A DNA stretch of 64,000 bases from the NCBI GenBank assembly GCA_050261575.1, contig JBLNDL010000005.1:1-64000 (forward strand), written 5' to 3'. This document shows positions 29,117-38,936 of the stretch, one piece after another. Source of the DNA: Sphingomonadaceae bacterium. GTDB taxonomy: Bacteria > Chloroflexota > UBA6077. The translations under genes were made by a program, and so were the position numbers. Below the pieces are notes generated by a model that searched no databases, was not told the DNA's origin, and saw only the letters and a list, made by a program, of their open reading frames with translations. Within the stretch, counting starts at the first letter, position 1, and each line of letters opens with the position of its first letter.

Positions 29117-30844
29117 CTACTCGGCGTAGAAGCCGATGCGCACGGCACCGTAGCGCCTGCCCTTCACGAAGAAGGGAATGGCCAGATCGCAGACGACGTC
29201 GCCCGTGTCCCTAGCCTGAGTCTGGAGCAGGAAGGTGTCTTCCGGCAGCGGTTGGTCGGGATCGACCCCGGCCGCCAGGAACTGCGACCTGTTCGCCTTC
29301 TTGGGCGCCTTGTCCCATCCCTTCAGCCCCACCCTGGCCGCCTTCAACACCACGGGGTAGTCGGTGATCCACTTGACACGGTTGAAAACCGAGTCGACCT
29401 TCGGGTCTCCGGTGTGGTTCCGGCAGTACTTGGTGAGGTGGGTGAAGTTGTAGCCGTTGAGATCGGGGACGCAGACGTTGTTGATCCGCTTGTGCTTCAC
29501 CAGATAGCGATCCAGGATGGAGCGCACCGGCACGTCCAACTGATGATCCCAGCCGACCGAGTACTTGGGCGGATTGAAGCCCTCGGGGGGCACTCCGCGC
29601 ACGTCGAATAGCCGGCCCAGGCTCTGGATCGCCGGCCCCTTGATCTCCTCGTAGCGATAAGCGAGCAATTGCTCCAGGGAGACCTTCCTCTCATCGATAG
29701 CCCGTTCGAAGAGAAGCCTGATCTCATCTGCGCACTCGCGCGCCCAATCCCGAACCTGCTCCGTGAAGGTGCCCAGTCTGTAGCGAGACAGCAGCCGTTG
29801 GATCTCCATGGTCGCGGCGCCGATCTCCTGCGAGGTAGCCGACGCCTCCACCTCCTGGGCCATCCTGTCCGCAGAATCGGAGAGCCTGGCCACCCTGACG
29901 GCCACGTCGTCGATGGTGGCCGCCATCTCCTGGTTGGCCGCCGCCACCGCGTTCATCTCTTCGGTGGAGCTGCCGGCCAGCCCGGCGATCTCGGACAACG
30001 TCGCACTGGAGGAGGATGCCTCCTTTACCGCCAGCTCCGCCTCCTGCAGGTTCCGCTCGATCACCCTGGCCAACTGCGCCATCTCCGCCTGGAGATCCCT
30101 CACCATCCGGGAGATCTCCTTGGTGCTGTCTCTGGTCCGCTCGGACAGCTTCCGAACCTCGGCTGCCACCACCGCGAAGCCGCGCCCGTGCTCTCCAGCT
30201 CTGGCTGCTTCGATAGCGGCGTTCAACGCGAGCAGGTTGGTCTGGTCGGCGATGTCGGAGATGGTCTCGGTGATCTTGTCGATCTCGCTGGAGTGCTGGA
30301 TCAACTGCTCCACCGCTTCGGCCGACGTGCGGGCCGTCTGGCGGCTGCCCTCCACCCTTGCCACCATCGCGTCCACCACCTGCTGTCCGCGCTTGGCCAC
30401 CTCCAGACTCTTGTGGGAGGTCTCGCTGGCCCGCCCGGCCGCCTCAGCCACCTCTTCGCTTGCCTGCCTGGCCTGAGAGAGCAACTCGGCAGCCGCCTCG
30501 GTTTCCCGTGACTGGGACTTCGTAGCGGAGGCAATGCCGAGGATGTTCTTGGCAGCCCCCACTCCCACCCGATTGGTCTGATCCTCCACCGCCCTCAGCA
30601 GTTGAGCGATCTCATCCAGGAAGCGGTTCAAGGCTTGGGCCACCTCCCCGGATCGGGAGCCCAGCCCAGGTTGGAGCCGTGATCGCAGATCTCGCCCCTT
30701 CGACAGATCCCGCAGGAACGCCACGATCGGGTCTTCTTCGCCGCCTCCCTGACCCATGTCCCCAAACGGTAGCTCACGGGGCAACGGACGCGGCCGCTCT
30801 TGCACCTCGTCGACGGCTGCTGACCGCCGGAAATCAACCGTCAT
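29117..30844 (-). CDS. Soluble methyl-accepting chemotaxis protein with C-terminal sensor-like domain
   Basis: [36 protein letters not shown]; no TM; ~220-aa C-terminal domain. Confidence 0.92.
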   Translation of the reverse strand: MTVDFRRSAAVDEVQERPRPLPRELPFGDMGQGGGEEDPIVAFLRDLSKGRDLRSRLQPGLGSRSGEVAQALNRFLDEIAQLLRAVEDQTNRVGVGAAKNILGIASATKSQSRETEAAAELLSQARQASEEVAEAAGRASETSHKSLEVAKRGQQVVDAMVARVEGSRQTARTSAEAVEQLIQHSSEIDKITETISDIADQTNLLALNAAIEAARAGEHGRGFAVVAAEVRKLSERTRDSTKEISRMVRDLQAEMAQLARVIERNLQEAELAVKEASSSSATLSEIAGLAGSSTEEMNAVAAANQEMAATIDDVAVRVARLSDSADRMAQEVEASATSQEIGAATMEIQRLLSRYRLGTFTEQVRDWARECADEIRLLFERAIDERKVSLEQLLAYRYEEIKGPAIQSLGRLFDVRGVPPEGFNPPKYSVGWDHQLDVPVRSILDRYLVKHKRINNVCVPDLNGYNFTHLTKYCRNHTGDPKVDSVFNRVKWITDYPVVLKAARVGLKGWDKAPKKANRSQFLAAGVDPDQPLPEDTFLLQTQARDTGDVVCDLAIPFFVKGRRYGAVRIGFYAE

Positions 30845-30988
30845 ACTTCACCTACCGTCTTGCTCAGCGCCACCCCAAGTCCCAGCCCAACAGCAGCCGG
30901 AATGGCGGCAAACATCAGATAGTATCTATATCGGCACTTTCATGGGGATCTGCAGAGGGTGCAGAGCGGCCACTCCGATACGATAACG

Positions 30989-31024
30989 AGCAGGGGCCGC
31001 GAGGGAGATCTCGCGGCCCCTGCT
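30989..31024 (-). terminator. 15-bp hairpin after the adaptor gene
   Basis: AGCAGGGGCCGCGAG/CTCGCGGCCCCTGCT. Confidence 0.65.
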
Positions 31025-31072
31025 TCCCGTCGGCAGAGACGAGTCAGTCGCGCCTCCGCACTGGCTCCGTCT

Positions 31073-32887
31073 CTACGACTTCCTTACCTTGTCCCCATCG
31101 CGGAGGTCGTTCTGGCCGACGACCACTACCTCCTCGCCAACATCGACCCCGTTCAGTACCTCGACGGTTCCGTCCCTGCTGAGCCCCAGCTTCACCGGCC
31201 GCATCTGGACGATGTCGTCCTTCAGCACGAACACCGAAGGCTGGCCGGAGCGGGTAACCACCGCCTCCTTGGGGATCAGCACCGCCTTCGCCTTCTCCTG
31301 GGTCACGATGCTCACCTGGGCGAACATCCCCTGCCGCAGCCTGCCGTCGTTCTGATCCGGCCTGATCTTCACCTGGAAGGTACGGCTTCGAGGGTCCGCT
31401 GAGGGGGCAATCACCGACACCTTGGCAGGGAACGCCACGCCGGGATAGGCTGCCACGGTGATCTCCGCCTTCTGCCCCATCTGAACCTGGCCGATCTGGC
31501 TCTCCTCCACACCCAGCACCAGCTCCACGTCGTCGGAGATCACGTTCACGATGGGGGTCTGCGGGCTCACGAGAGCGCCCTCCGACTGGAGCCTGTCCGC
31601 GACGACGCCGTCCACGGGGCTCACCACTTTGGCCTCGGCCAGGGCGATCTCCGCCATCTCCAGCGCCGCCTGGGCTTGGGTGACGCCAGCCCGGGCCATC
31701 TCGATGTCGTGCTGCGTGTAGGGGCGCAGGGCCAGGTTGTACGCCTGCTGCGCCTGCTCCACCGCCGCATCGATGGCCTTCAGGTCCTCCTCGGTGGGAC
31801 CATCCTTCAACTGCTTCAGCCGGGCCTCTGCCTTGGCGAGCGCCGCCTCCGCCTGCTGGATGTCCTCGGGCTTGGGTCCACGCTTCATCTCGTCCACGGC
31901 GTTGGACCATTGCTCGTAAGCGGCCTTCGCGGCATCGAAGGCGCTTTGGGCCGCCTGCAGATCGGCCGGCAGCGGATAGCTCTTCAAGAGGTTTAGCTTC
32001 TCCACCGCGGCGTTGTAGTTCGCCAGTGCGGCATCGGCGTTCCTGCCAGCCTGTCCCGCGCTGGTCACCCCCAACGGCGCCAGGGAGGCCAGGCTGTTGT
32101 TATCTCCGGCGAAGCTCTTCACGTCGTCGGCCGCGTACAGCGCCGCCCTTGCGGCCTCCACCGCAGCCTCGGCAGCGGCGATATCGGCCGGCTTCGGCCC
32201 GGCCTTCACGTCGGCCAGCCTCGCCTCGGCGGCCTTCATGTTCGCCCGAGCGGCATCCAGGGCGCCCAACGCCTGCCACCACTGGGTCTGCGTGGGCCCC
32301 TGCTTCACCCTTACCAGCGCAGCCTTGGCAGCGTCCACGTCGGCCTGGGCCATCTGAAGGTCGTTCTCGGTCGCCCCCTTCCTCACCTTGTCGGCATTCG
32401 CCTGCGCCGCGTCCAGCGCGGCCTTGGCCTGGGCAACCTGCTCTGCTCTGGAGCCGGACTCCATGTTGGCCAGCCTCGCCTGGGCCGAGGCGAGGTTAGC
32501 CTTGGCCTGGGTCACCTGGGCCTTGAGGGATGCCGAATCCAACTCGGCGATGGTGTCCCCCTTCTTCACCCTGCTCCCAACGTCCACCAGCATCCGCTCG
32601 ATCCGGCCGGTGGCCTTGGGAAGCACCGAGATCTGGGACACCGCTTTCACGTCGCCGGTGTAGGAGAGGCTGGACGCGATGCCCCCCTCGGTGGCCTGAG
32701 CCGTCTTCACGGTGACAGTGCCCGCCCCCTGGTGGGCGGGTGTCTTCTGCTCCGCCCCCTGGACTCGGGTGGCAAGGCCCCATCCCCACAGGCCAAAGAC
32801 CAACACCAGGGCGAGCCCAGCGGCTAGGATCAGTCTCTGCCGGTCCAATCCGCGACTCCAGAACGATCGCATCTGTCTCGTCTGCAT
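31073..32887 (-). CDS. Efflux membrane-fusion (HlyD/RND adaptor) protein with very long alpha-helical hairpin
   Basis: TM anchor, GRIERMLVDVGSRVKKGD, VVSPVDGVV, LRQGMFAQV; repeated GPxxxD/ExxxAxAA units. Confidence 0.9.
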   Translation of the reverse strand: MQTRQMRSFWSRGLDRQRLILAAGLALVLVFGLWGWGLATRVQGAEQKTPAHQGAGTVTVKTAQATEGGIASSLSYTGDVKAVSQISVLPKATGRIERMLVDVGSRVKKGDTIAELDSASLKAQVTQAKANLASAQARLANMESGSRAEQVAQAKAALDAAQANADKVRKGATENDLQMAQADVDAAKAALVRVKQGPTQTQWWQALGALDAARANMKAAEARLADVKAGPKPADIAAAEAAVEAARAALYAADDVKSFAGDNNSLASLAPLGVTSAGQAGRNADAALANYNAAVEKLNLLKSYPLPADLQAAQSAFDAAKAAYEQWSNAVDEMKRGPKPEDIQQAEAALAKAEARLKQLKDGPTEEDLKAIDAAVEQAQQAYNLALRPYTQHDIEMARAGVTQAQAALEMAEIALAEAKVVSPVDGVVADRLQSEGALVSPQTPIVNVISDDVELVLGVEESQIGQVQMGQKAEITVAAYPGVAFPAKVSVIAPSADPRSRTFQVKIRPDQNDGRLRQGMFAQVSIVTQEKAKAVLIPKEAVVTRSGQPSVFVLKDDIVQMRPVKLGLSRDGTVEVLNGVDVGEEVVVVGQNDLRDGDKVRKS

Positions 32888-33016
32888 CGTGTCCTCCCCA
32901 AACGGGCAATCAGCCATCAGGATCTCCCGGCGGCGGGCACAAGATCCCTCCCTACGGCTGATAGCCCAGTTTCTCCAACGAAACGCATCGATAGTGAAGT
33001 AGAAGGGTGTACCGTG

Positions 33017-33946
33017 TCAAGCCCTGCGGGCGCCGACGGCGCCGATGAAGACATCCTCCAGAGACGGCCGCACCGCCTCGAGCCTCCGGACCGCGATTCC
33101 CCGCCCCTCCAGGGCCTCCTTCAGCCGCGCCGCCAGACCCTCTGCTGGCTCCACCACCACGTGGAGGAGGCTGCCGTACATCGCCACCTCCAGCACCCCA
33201 TCCACCCGTGGCAGGTAGTCCAACGCTGGTACCAGGGGCTCGCATTCCACCTCCAACAACGAGCCGGGCAGGGCAGTCGCCTTCAGGGCCTCGGGGCTCT
33301 CGCAGGCTATCAGCCTGCCGGCCATCATCAAGCTGACCCGATGGGCGTGCTCCGCCTCGTCCATGTAGTGGGTAGTCACGAAGACCGACACTCCCTTGTC
33401 CGAGAGGTCGTAGATCATGTCCCAGAAACGGCGGCGGGAGACTGGGTCCACCCCCGCGGTGGGCTCGTCCAGGAAAAGTATGGGCGGATCGTGGACGATG
33501 GAGCAGGCTAGCGCCAGACGCTGCTTCCACCCACCCGAGAGGTTGGCCACCAATGCCCCCTCCCGGCCATCCAGCCCCGCCATCCAGATCAACTGCTCCA
33601 TCCGCTCTCTTCGGCGGGAACGGGGCACCTGATACACCCCAGCGTAGAACTCCAGGTTCTCCCGGGCCGTGAGGTCCTCGTAGAGGGAGAATCGCTGAGA
33701 CATGTAGCCGATATGCTCTTTGACCCGGTCGCTCTCGGTGCGGATGTCGAACCCTGCGACGCTACCGGTGCCGGACGTGGGGGTGAGGATGCCGCACAGC
33801 ATCCGGATGGTGGTCGTCTTTCCGCAACCGTTGGGGCCGAGGAAGGCGAAGATCTCCCCTCGCTTCACCTGGAAGGAGACCCCATCCACGGCGGTGAAGT
33901 CGCCGAACCTCTTCGTCAGATTGATGGCCTCGACCACGTAATCCAT
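33017..33946 (-). CDS. ABC transporter ATP-binding protein
   Basis: GPNGCGKTT, LSGGWKQR, LDEPTAGVDP, TTHYMDEAE. Confidence 0.95.
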   Translation of the reverse strand: MDYVVEAINLTKRFGDFTAVDGVSFQVKRGEIFAFLGPNGCGKTTTIRMLCGILTPTSGTGSVAGFDIRTESDRVKEHIGYMSQRFSLYEDLTARENLEFYAGVYQVPRSRRRERMEQLIWMAGLDGREGALVANLSGGWKQRLALACSIVHDPPILFLDEPTAGVDPVSRRRFWDMIYDLSDKGVSVFVTTHYMDEAEHAHRVSLMMAGRLIACESPEALKATALPGSLLEVECEPLVPALDYLPRVDGVLEVAMYGSLLHVVVEPAEGLAARLKEALEGRGIAVRRLEAVRPSLEDVFIGAVGARRA

Positions 33947-34056
33947 GCTTACCCGTTAGAGTGAGTGAAAGCGGTGCATCGTGGACACCCCAAACCCCGC
34001 TAGTTGGGTTCATGAACGCTGCGCTCGCTCGCGTTCATCCCTCTGGGCTCCCCATC

Positions 34057-35061
34057 TCAGGACTCAGCACTCAGGACTCTCCCCGCCAGGCTCATGAAGG
34101 CGTCCTCCATGGAGGGCTCGATCCGCCGCAGGCTCTCCACCCGAATCCCGTGAGCAGCCATCGCCCGCCGCGTGGCGGACTCGGCCGCCGGTGGGTCCGC
34201 GGTGACCAGATGGAGCAGATCGCCGAAAGCCCGCACGTCCTCCAGCTCCCCCAGCTCTCGCGCCACCTGCATCGCCGTCCGCCTGGGCTCGGCCCGCAGC
34301 TCCAGGATCGCCCGACCCACCAACTGCTTCAACTGCTTGGGGGTTCCACTCGCCACCAGCCTACCCCGGGCCATGAAGCCCACCCGGTTGCACCGCTCGG
34401 CCTCATCCATGTAGGGGGTGGTGACCAGGATCGTTACCCCCTGCCCGAGCAGGCTGTAGAGGATCCGCCAGAACTCCCGGCGGGATACGGGATCCACCCC
34501 GGTGGTTGGCTCGTCCAGCAGCAGCAGCTCCGGCTCATGGATAAGGGTGCAGGCGAGCGCCAGTTTCTGCTTCATCCCTCCGGAGAGGAACTCCGCCAAC
34601 CGATCGACGAAGGGCTCCAGCCGACTGAAGGCGAGCAGCCTAGCCGACCGCTCCTCGCGCACCCTCCTAGGCACGCCGTAGAGGTCGGCGAAGAAGGCCA
34701 GATTCTCCTTCACCGTCAGGTCACCGTAGAGGGAGAAACGCTGCGGCATGTAGCCTATCCGCTGCCGGACCTGCTCGATCTCGGCAACCACGTCGTGGCC
34801 CATCACCCGGGCTCTTCCCGCGTCGGGCGCCAGCACCCCACACAGCATCCGCAGGGTGGTGGTCTTGCCGGCCCCATCCGGCCCCACCAGCCCGTGGATC
34901 TCACCCCTCTTCACCACGAGGTCGAGGCCCCGGACCGCGGCGACCTCACCGAAGCTCTTCCTCAGACCGGCGGCCCAGATGGCAGGGAAGTCCAGAGGGA
35001 GCCACGTGCCCGTCTCTGACGAGGTTTGGGGGGTCCCCGGATTGCCCAGAGAGCTCTCCAT
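34057..35061 (-). CDS. ABC transporter ATP-binding protein
   Basis: GPDGAGKTT, LSGGMKQK, LDEPTTGVDP; H-loop His replaced (TTPYMDE), as seen in first NBDs of YbhF-type exporters. Confidence 0.93.
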   Translation of the reverse strand: MESSLGNPGTPQTSSETGTWLPLDFPAIWAAGLRKSFGEVAAVRGLDLVVKRGEIHGLVGPDGAGKTTTLRMLCGVLAPDAGRARVMGHDVVAEIEQVRQRIGYMPQRFSLYGDLTVKENLAFFADLYGVPRRVREERSARLLAFSRLEPFVDRLAEFLSGGMKQKLALACTLIHEPELLLLDEPTTGVDPVSRREFWRILYSLLGQGVTILVTTPYMDEAERCNRVGFMARGRLVASGTPKQLKQLVGRAILELRAEPRRTAMQVARELGELEDVRAFGDLLHLVTADPPAAESATRRAMAAHGIRVESLRRIEPSMEDAFMSLAGRVLSAES

Positions 35062-35065
35062 CCCC

Positions 35066-36196
35066 CTACTCCACCTTCTTCTGGAACCGCTTGGCGCTCA
35101 TGCCGAACACCACAAGGCCGAAGATGGCCAGCAGCAGCACCTCGAACCAGAGGTACTCCAGCCCGATCCCTTTGAGGAAGATGCCCCGCAAGATCTTGAG
35201 GAAGTAGGTAAGGGGAATGAGGTAGCTCAGGTAGTAGAGGATGGCAGGCATCGCCTCCCGAGGGAACACGAACCCGGAGAGCACGAAGGAGGGCACTATC
35301 ATCACCATCGCCATTTGGAGTGCCTGGGACTGGGTCTTGGAGACGGTGGAGACGAAGAGCCCGATCCCCAGTGAGCCCACCAGGAACACCACGGATAGGG
35401 CCAACAGCAGCAGGAGGCTCCCCGCGATCTCCACCCGGAACCAGAGGGTACCCACCAGCAGCGCCACCGTGACCTGGACAAAGGAGATGAGCACGTAGGG
35501 CAGGATCTTGCCGACCATCAACTCCCACGGCTTGATGGGAGTGACGACCAGTTGCTCCAGGGTGCCCTTCTCCCGCTCTCGCACGATGGCGAAGGCGGTG
35601 AGGATCACCGCCTGGATCTGGATGATCAGCCCGATGAGCGCTGGAATCATGAAGTTCACACTCTGCATGCTAGGGTTGTACAGGATGTTGGGCCGGATCT
35701 CGATGGGCATCTCCACCGTACGAGCGATCCCCAATCGGGCCATGGTGCTCTGCACCAGGTTGGCGGAACGGGCCTGGGCTATGCTGGTTGCCGTGAAGAG
35801 GGCGGTGCTGGCGGTGTTGGGATCCGAGCCGTCCACCACCAACTGAACCTGGGCCTGCTTGCCCGCGTCCAGATCCCGAGAGAAGTCGGGCGGGATGATG
35901 ACGGCCACCTTGGCGTCTCCCCTGTCGATCGCCTCGCGAGCCTCGCTGTGGCTGGATACCTGGCCCACGACCGTGAAGTACTCGGTGTTCGTGAATGCCT
36001 GGATGAACTCTCGGCTGCGGCCATCCATCGCCTGGTCGAACACCACGGTCGAGATGTGGTCGACGTTCGTGGTGACGGCGTAGCCCAGGAGGAACATCTG
36101 CATCGCCGGCACCAGCAGCATGATCGCCAGAGTGCGGGGATCCCGCCTGATCTGGATGAACTCTTTTCGCATGATGGGAAGGATGCGACCGTTCAC
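35066..36196 (-). CDS. ABC-2 type permease (YbhS/R-like)
   Basis: KEFIQIRRDPRTL, VREREKGTLEQLVVTP, LSGFVFP. Confidence 0.93.
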   Translation of the reverse strand: MNGRILPIMRKEFIQIRRDPRTLAIMLLVPAMQMFLLGYAVTTNVDHISTVVFDQAMDGRSREFIQAFTNTEYFTVVGQVSSHSEAREAIDRGDAKVAVIIPPDFSRDLDAGKQAQVQLVVDGSDPNTASTALFTATSIAQARSANLVQSTMARLGIARTVEMPIEIRPNILYNPSMQSVNFMIPALIGLIIQIQAVILTAFAIVREREKGTLEQLVVTPIKPWELMVGKILPYVLISFVQVTVALLVGTLWFRVEIAGSLLLLLALSVVFLVGSLGIGLFVSTVSKTQSQALQMAMVMIVPSFVLSGFVFPREAMPAILYYLSYLIPLTYFLKILRGIFLKGIGLEYLWFEVLLLAIFGLVVFGMSAKRFQKKVE

Positions 36197-36253
36197 TCGC
36201 TTCGCTCCCGGACAAGGACCGGTTAGGGCCTCTCAGCCCTCTGTCCTCGCAAC

Positions 36254-36982
36254 TCAGTCCTGAATGATGGTGGCATCAGCCGGCATGCCTGGCTTGAGAC
36301 GCAGGTCCGGGTTTGGGATTCGCACCTTCACCGCGAACACCAGGTTCAGCCGGTCCCGCTGGGTTTGGACATTGCGAGGGGTGAACTCCGCCTTGGTGGC
36401 GATGAAGATCACCCTCCCCTCGAACACCTCGTCGGGGAACGAATCCACCCGCACCTCCACCCTCTGCCCGACGCTGACCTGCCCGATCACCGCCTCCGGC
36501 ACGTAGACGGTGAGCTCCATCGGGTCGGGCTTCGTCACCACCATCAAGGTGGACCCGGGGGAGGCTATCTCCCCGACCCGAATGGAGCGGCGAGCCACGA
36601 TTCCATCCAGGGGCGAGCGGAGCGTCAGCTTGGCGATCTGCAGCTCCAGCAACTGCCGCTCCGAGACGGGCGCCATCCTCAGTTGAAGCTGCTGGAGGGA
36701 GTCGTCCAGCTTCACCAGGACGTCCCCTGCTCTGACGCTGTCCCCCTCATCCACCAGCAACTGGACGACCCGACCGGCCAACTCCGCGGCGATTGCGACC
36801 TCCTCGGACTCGATGGTGCCCGAGGCCACGATGCCCCTGGGTGGCTGAACCGCGAACTGGGTGAAGTACCACCATCCCGCGATGGCGATCAGAATCCCCA
36901 GAAGGACGAAGGCCCTACGAGGGATCCGATGCCCAACGGCCGGACTCTTGCCGGCGACTGAGGGTTGCGTCGCTGCATCCAT
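36254..36982 (-). CDS. HlyD-family adaptor (short, YbhG-like)
   Basis: ASGTIE, VDEGDSVRAGD, AEFTPRNVQT, LKPGMPADA. Confidence 0.9.
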   Translation of the reverse strand: MDAATQPSVAGKSPAVGHRIPRRAFVLLGILIAIAGWWYFTQFAVQPPRGIVASGTIESEEVAIAAELAGRVVQLLVDEGDSVRAGDVLVKLDDSLQQLQLRMAPVSERQLLELQIAKLTLRSPLDGIVARRSIRVGEIASPGSTLMVVTKPDPMELTVYVPEAVIGQVSVGQRVEVRVDSFPDEVFEGRVIFIATKAEFTPRNVQTQRDRLNLVFAVKVRIPNPDLRLKPGMPADATIIQD

Positions 36983-36984
36983 AT

Positions 36985-37629
36985 CTATCCCTCCTGGTCG
37001 GGGATCGGCTTCACCACCCCGTGAAGCAGTATGTCCACCATCCCCTGCTCCCACCCCTCCACATGGAGGGGAAGGCTGAGCGAGGTGGGAAGCAGGGAGC
37101 TGAGGACGTCCTCGATAAGGAAAGAGGAGAAGATCATGCCGATGAAGGTGCGGGCCATGAGCATGGGAGAGACTGGGCGCAGTTCGCCCCCGTTCTGACC
37201 CAGTTGGTAGACCTGCTGGAAGAAGCCGAGGAACTCTGGTACTACCTCAGAGAGCAGCTTGGCGATGTGGCTCCCCCGGAATTCCAGGAAGTCGATAAAG
37301 AGGAGAACGGGGAAGTCGGACTTGCCTTTCAGCATCGCCATTACCTCGACGAAGCCGCTCGCCAGCAGCTCCGCCGCGGTGTCCCCGCGCGCCCTGGACA
37401 GTCCCTCGACGATGGCTCGATAGACGTTTCGCTCCGCGAGGATCGCCGCGAAGATCTCCTCCTTGGATTGGAAGTGGTTGTAGACGGCGCCGAGGCTGAT
37501 GCCGGACTCGTGGGCGATCTCCCGCATGCCGGTGGCGTGGTATCCCTGGCGCAAGAAGAGGCTCCTGGAGGCCTCCAGGATGGCCTCCCTGGTCCTGAGC
37601 CCCGCGGGGCGCTTGGACGCGTCGACCAT
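36985..37629 (-). CDS. TetR/AcrR-family regulator
   Basis: TREAILEASRSLFLRQGYHATGMREIAHESGISLGAVYNHFQSKEEIF. Confidence 0.95.
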   Translation of the reverse strand: MVDASKRPAGLRTREAILEASRSLFLRQGYHATGMREIAHESGISLGAVYNHFQSKEEIFAAILAERNVYRAIVEGLSRARGDTAAELLASGFVEVMAMLKGKSDFPVLLFIDFLEFRGSHIAKLLSEVVPEFLGFFQQVYQLGQNGGELRPVSPMLMARTFIGMIFSSFLIEDVLSSLLPTSLSLPLHVEGWEQGMVDILLHGVVKPIPDQEG

Positions 37630-37642
37630 CGCCGCCCCTCCG

Positions 37643-37689
37643 TGAACGAACGATCGTTCATATGATAACGACTTCTTCTACCCTGTCAA
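37643..37689 (-). promoter_or_regulatory. Sigma70 promoter and palindromic TetR operator
   Basis: TTGACA-N16-TATCAT on the minus strand; palindrome GAACGATCGTTC at 37648-37659 overlaps the predicted +1. Confidence 0.7.
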
Positions 37690-37873
37690 GCCCCACGGCC
37701 CGGCTGTGTGGTCCCGATACGCCCCCCAGGGGATCGAACCTCAGGAGGTATCGGCCTGCGGCATTGGTATCCTCCGTTCCGGGGCTCCGCTGAACGGCAG
37801 GAAGAGGGCACAACAGCAGGGGCGGGTCTGCGGACCCGCCCCCGATCAGGATGCCGACCGCGCTTCGGCCCGC

Positions 37874-38881
37874 TTACCCCAGCAGGAAGCCGTTGGGGAA
37901 GGGATCCTCGGGGTCCAGGACGATGGTGTTGAAGCCGCTGATGTAGGCTCGCCCCCTGATGGTGGGGATCACCGCGGGGTAGCCGCCCACCCTGGTCTCC
38001 CCGACCAGCTTCCCCCAGAAGAGGCTCCCGATTATGCTCTCGTGGACGAACTCCTGGCTCAGGGCCAGCCGCCCCCGAGCGTGAAGCTGGGCCATCCGGG
38101 CCGAGGTGCCGGTCCCGCAGGGCGACCTGTCCAACCCGGAGGGCCCGTAGATCACGGCGTTCTTGGCCGTAGCACGGGGATCCTTTGGGGGCGCCGTGAA
38201 CATCACGTGGGATATCCCTTCGATCTGGGGGTTCTCCGGGTGGACCACTCGCAACCGATCGTTGAGCACCGAGCGGATCCTCCGGCCGGCCTGCACGAAG
38301 GCGCTGGCGTTCTGCGGCTCCACGGCGAGATCGACCATCTCGGCGGGCAGTATCGCGTAGAAGTTCCCGCCGTAGGCCACATCCGCCACGATCCTTCCGA
38401 TGCCCGGGACCTCCGCCTCCACGTCACGCTCGACCAGGAAGGAGGGAACGTTCTGGAAGGTCACCCCCTTCACCCCCCGATCCCCCACCTCCACCTGCGC
38501 CCGCACGATCCCCGCCGGGGTATCCAGCACGAGCTCGGTGACCGGCTCCCTGGCCGGCACCATCCCGGTCTCCAGCAGTACAGTGCAGGCGGCAATGGTA
38601 TCGTGGCCGCACATTGGGAGACAGCCACTCACCTCTATGAAGACGAGGCCGACATCCGCCCCGGGGGTGGTGGGCTGGGTGATGATGGCGCCCGACATTG
38701 CACTGTGTCCCCGAGGCTCGTACATCAGGAGCTGCCGGAGGTCGTCCCGCTGCTCCTCGATGTACCGCTTCTTCTCGAACATCGTGTCGCCGGGGATGAA
38801 TGGGATCCCGCCGACGATGATCCGCGCTGGCTCCCCCACCGTGTGGGAATCCACCGCCGTGAAAAACCGTTTGAACCTCAA
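37874..38881 (-). CDS. Proline racemase family, Cys/Cys type (probable hydroxyproline 2-epimerase)
   Basis: HTVGEP, EPRGH, LPMCGH, DRSPCGTGT. Confidence 0.88.
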   Translation of the reverse strand: MRFKRFFTAVDSHTVGEPARIIVGGIPFIPGDTMFEKKRYIEEQRDDLRQLLMYEPRGHSAMSGAIITQPTTPGADVGLVFIEVSGCLPMCGHDTIAACTVLLETGMVPAREPVTELVLDTPAGIVRAQVEVGDRGVKGVTFQNVPSFLVERDVEAEVPGIGRIVADVAYGGNFYAILPAEMVDLAVEPQNASAFVQAGRRIRSVLNDRLRVVHPENPQIEGISHVMFTAPPKDPRATAKNAVIYGPSGLDRSPCGTGTSARMAQLHARGRLALSQEFVHESIIGSLFWGKLVGETRVGGYPAVIPTIRGRAYISGFNTIVLDPEDPFPNGFLLG

Positions 38882-38936
38882 CCCTCAGCCTCCTCTCCAG
38901 AACAGGGCTGGCCCGTCCCGCGGGATCACCACTTCT

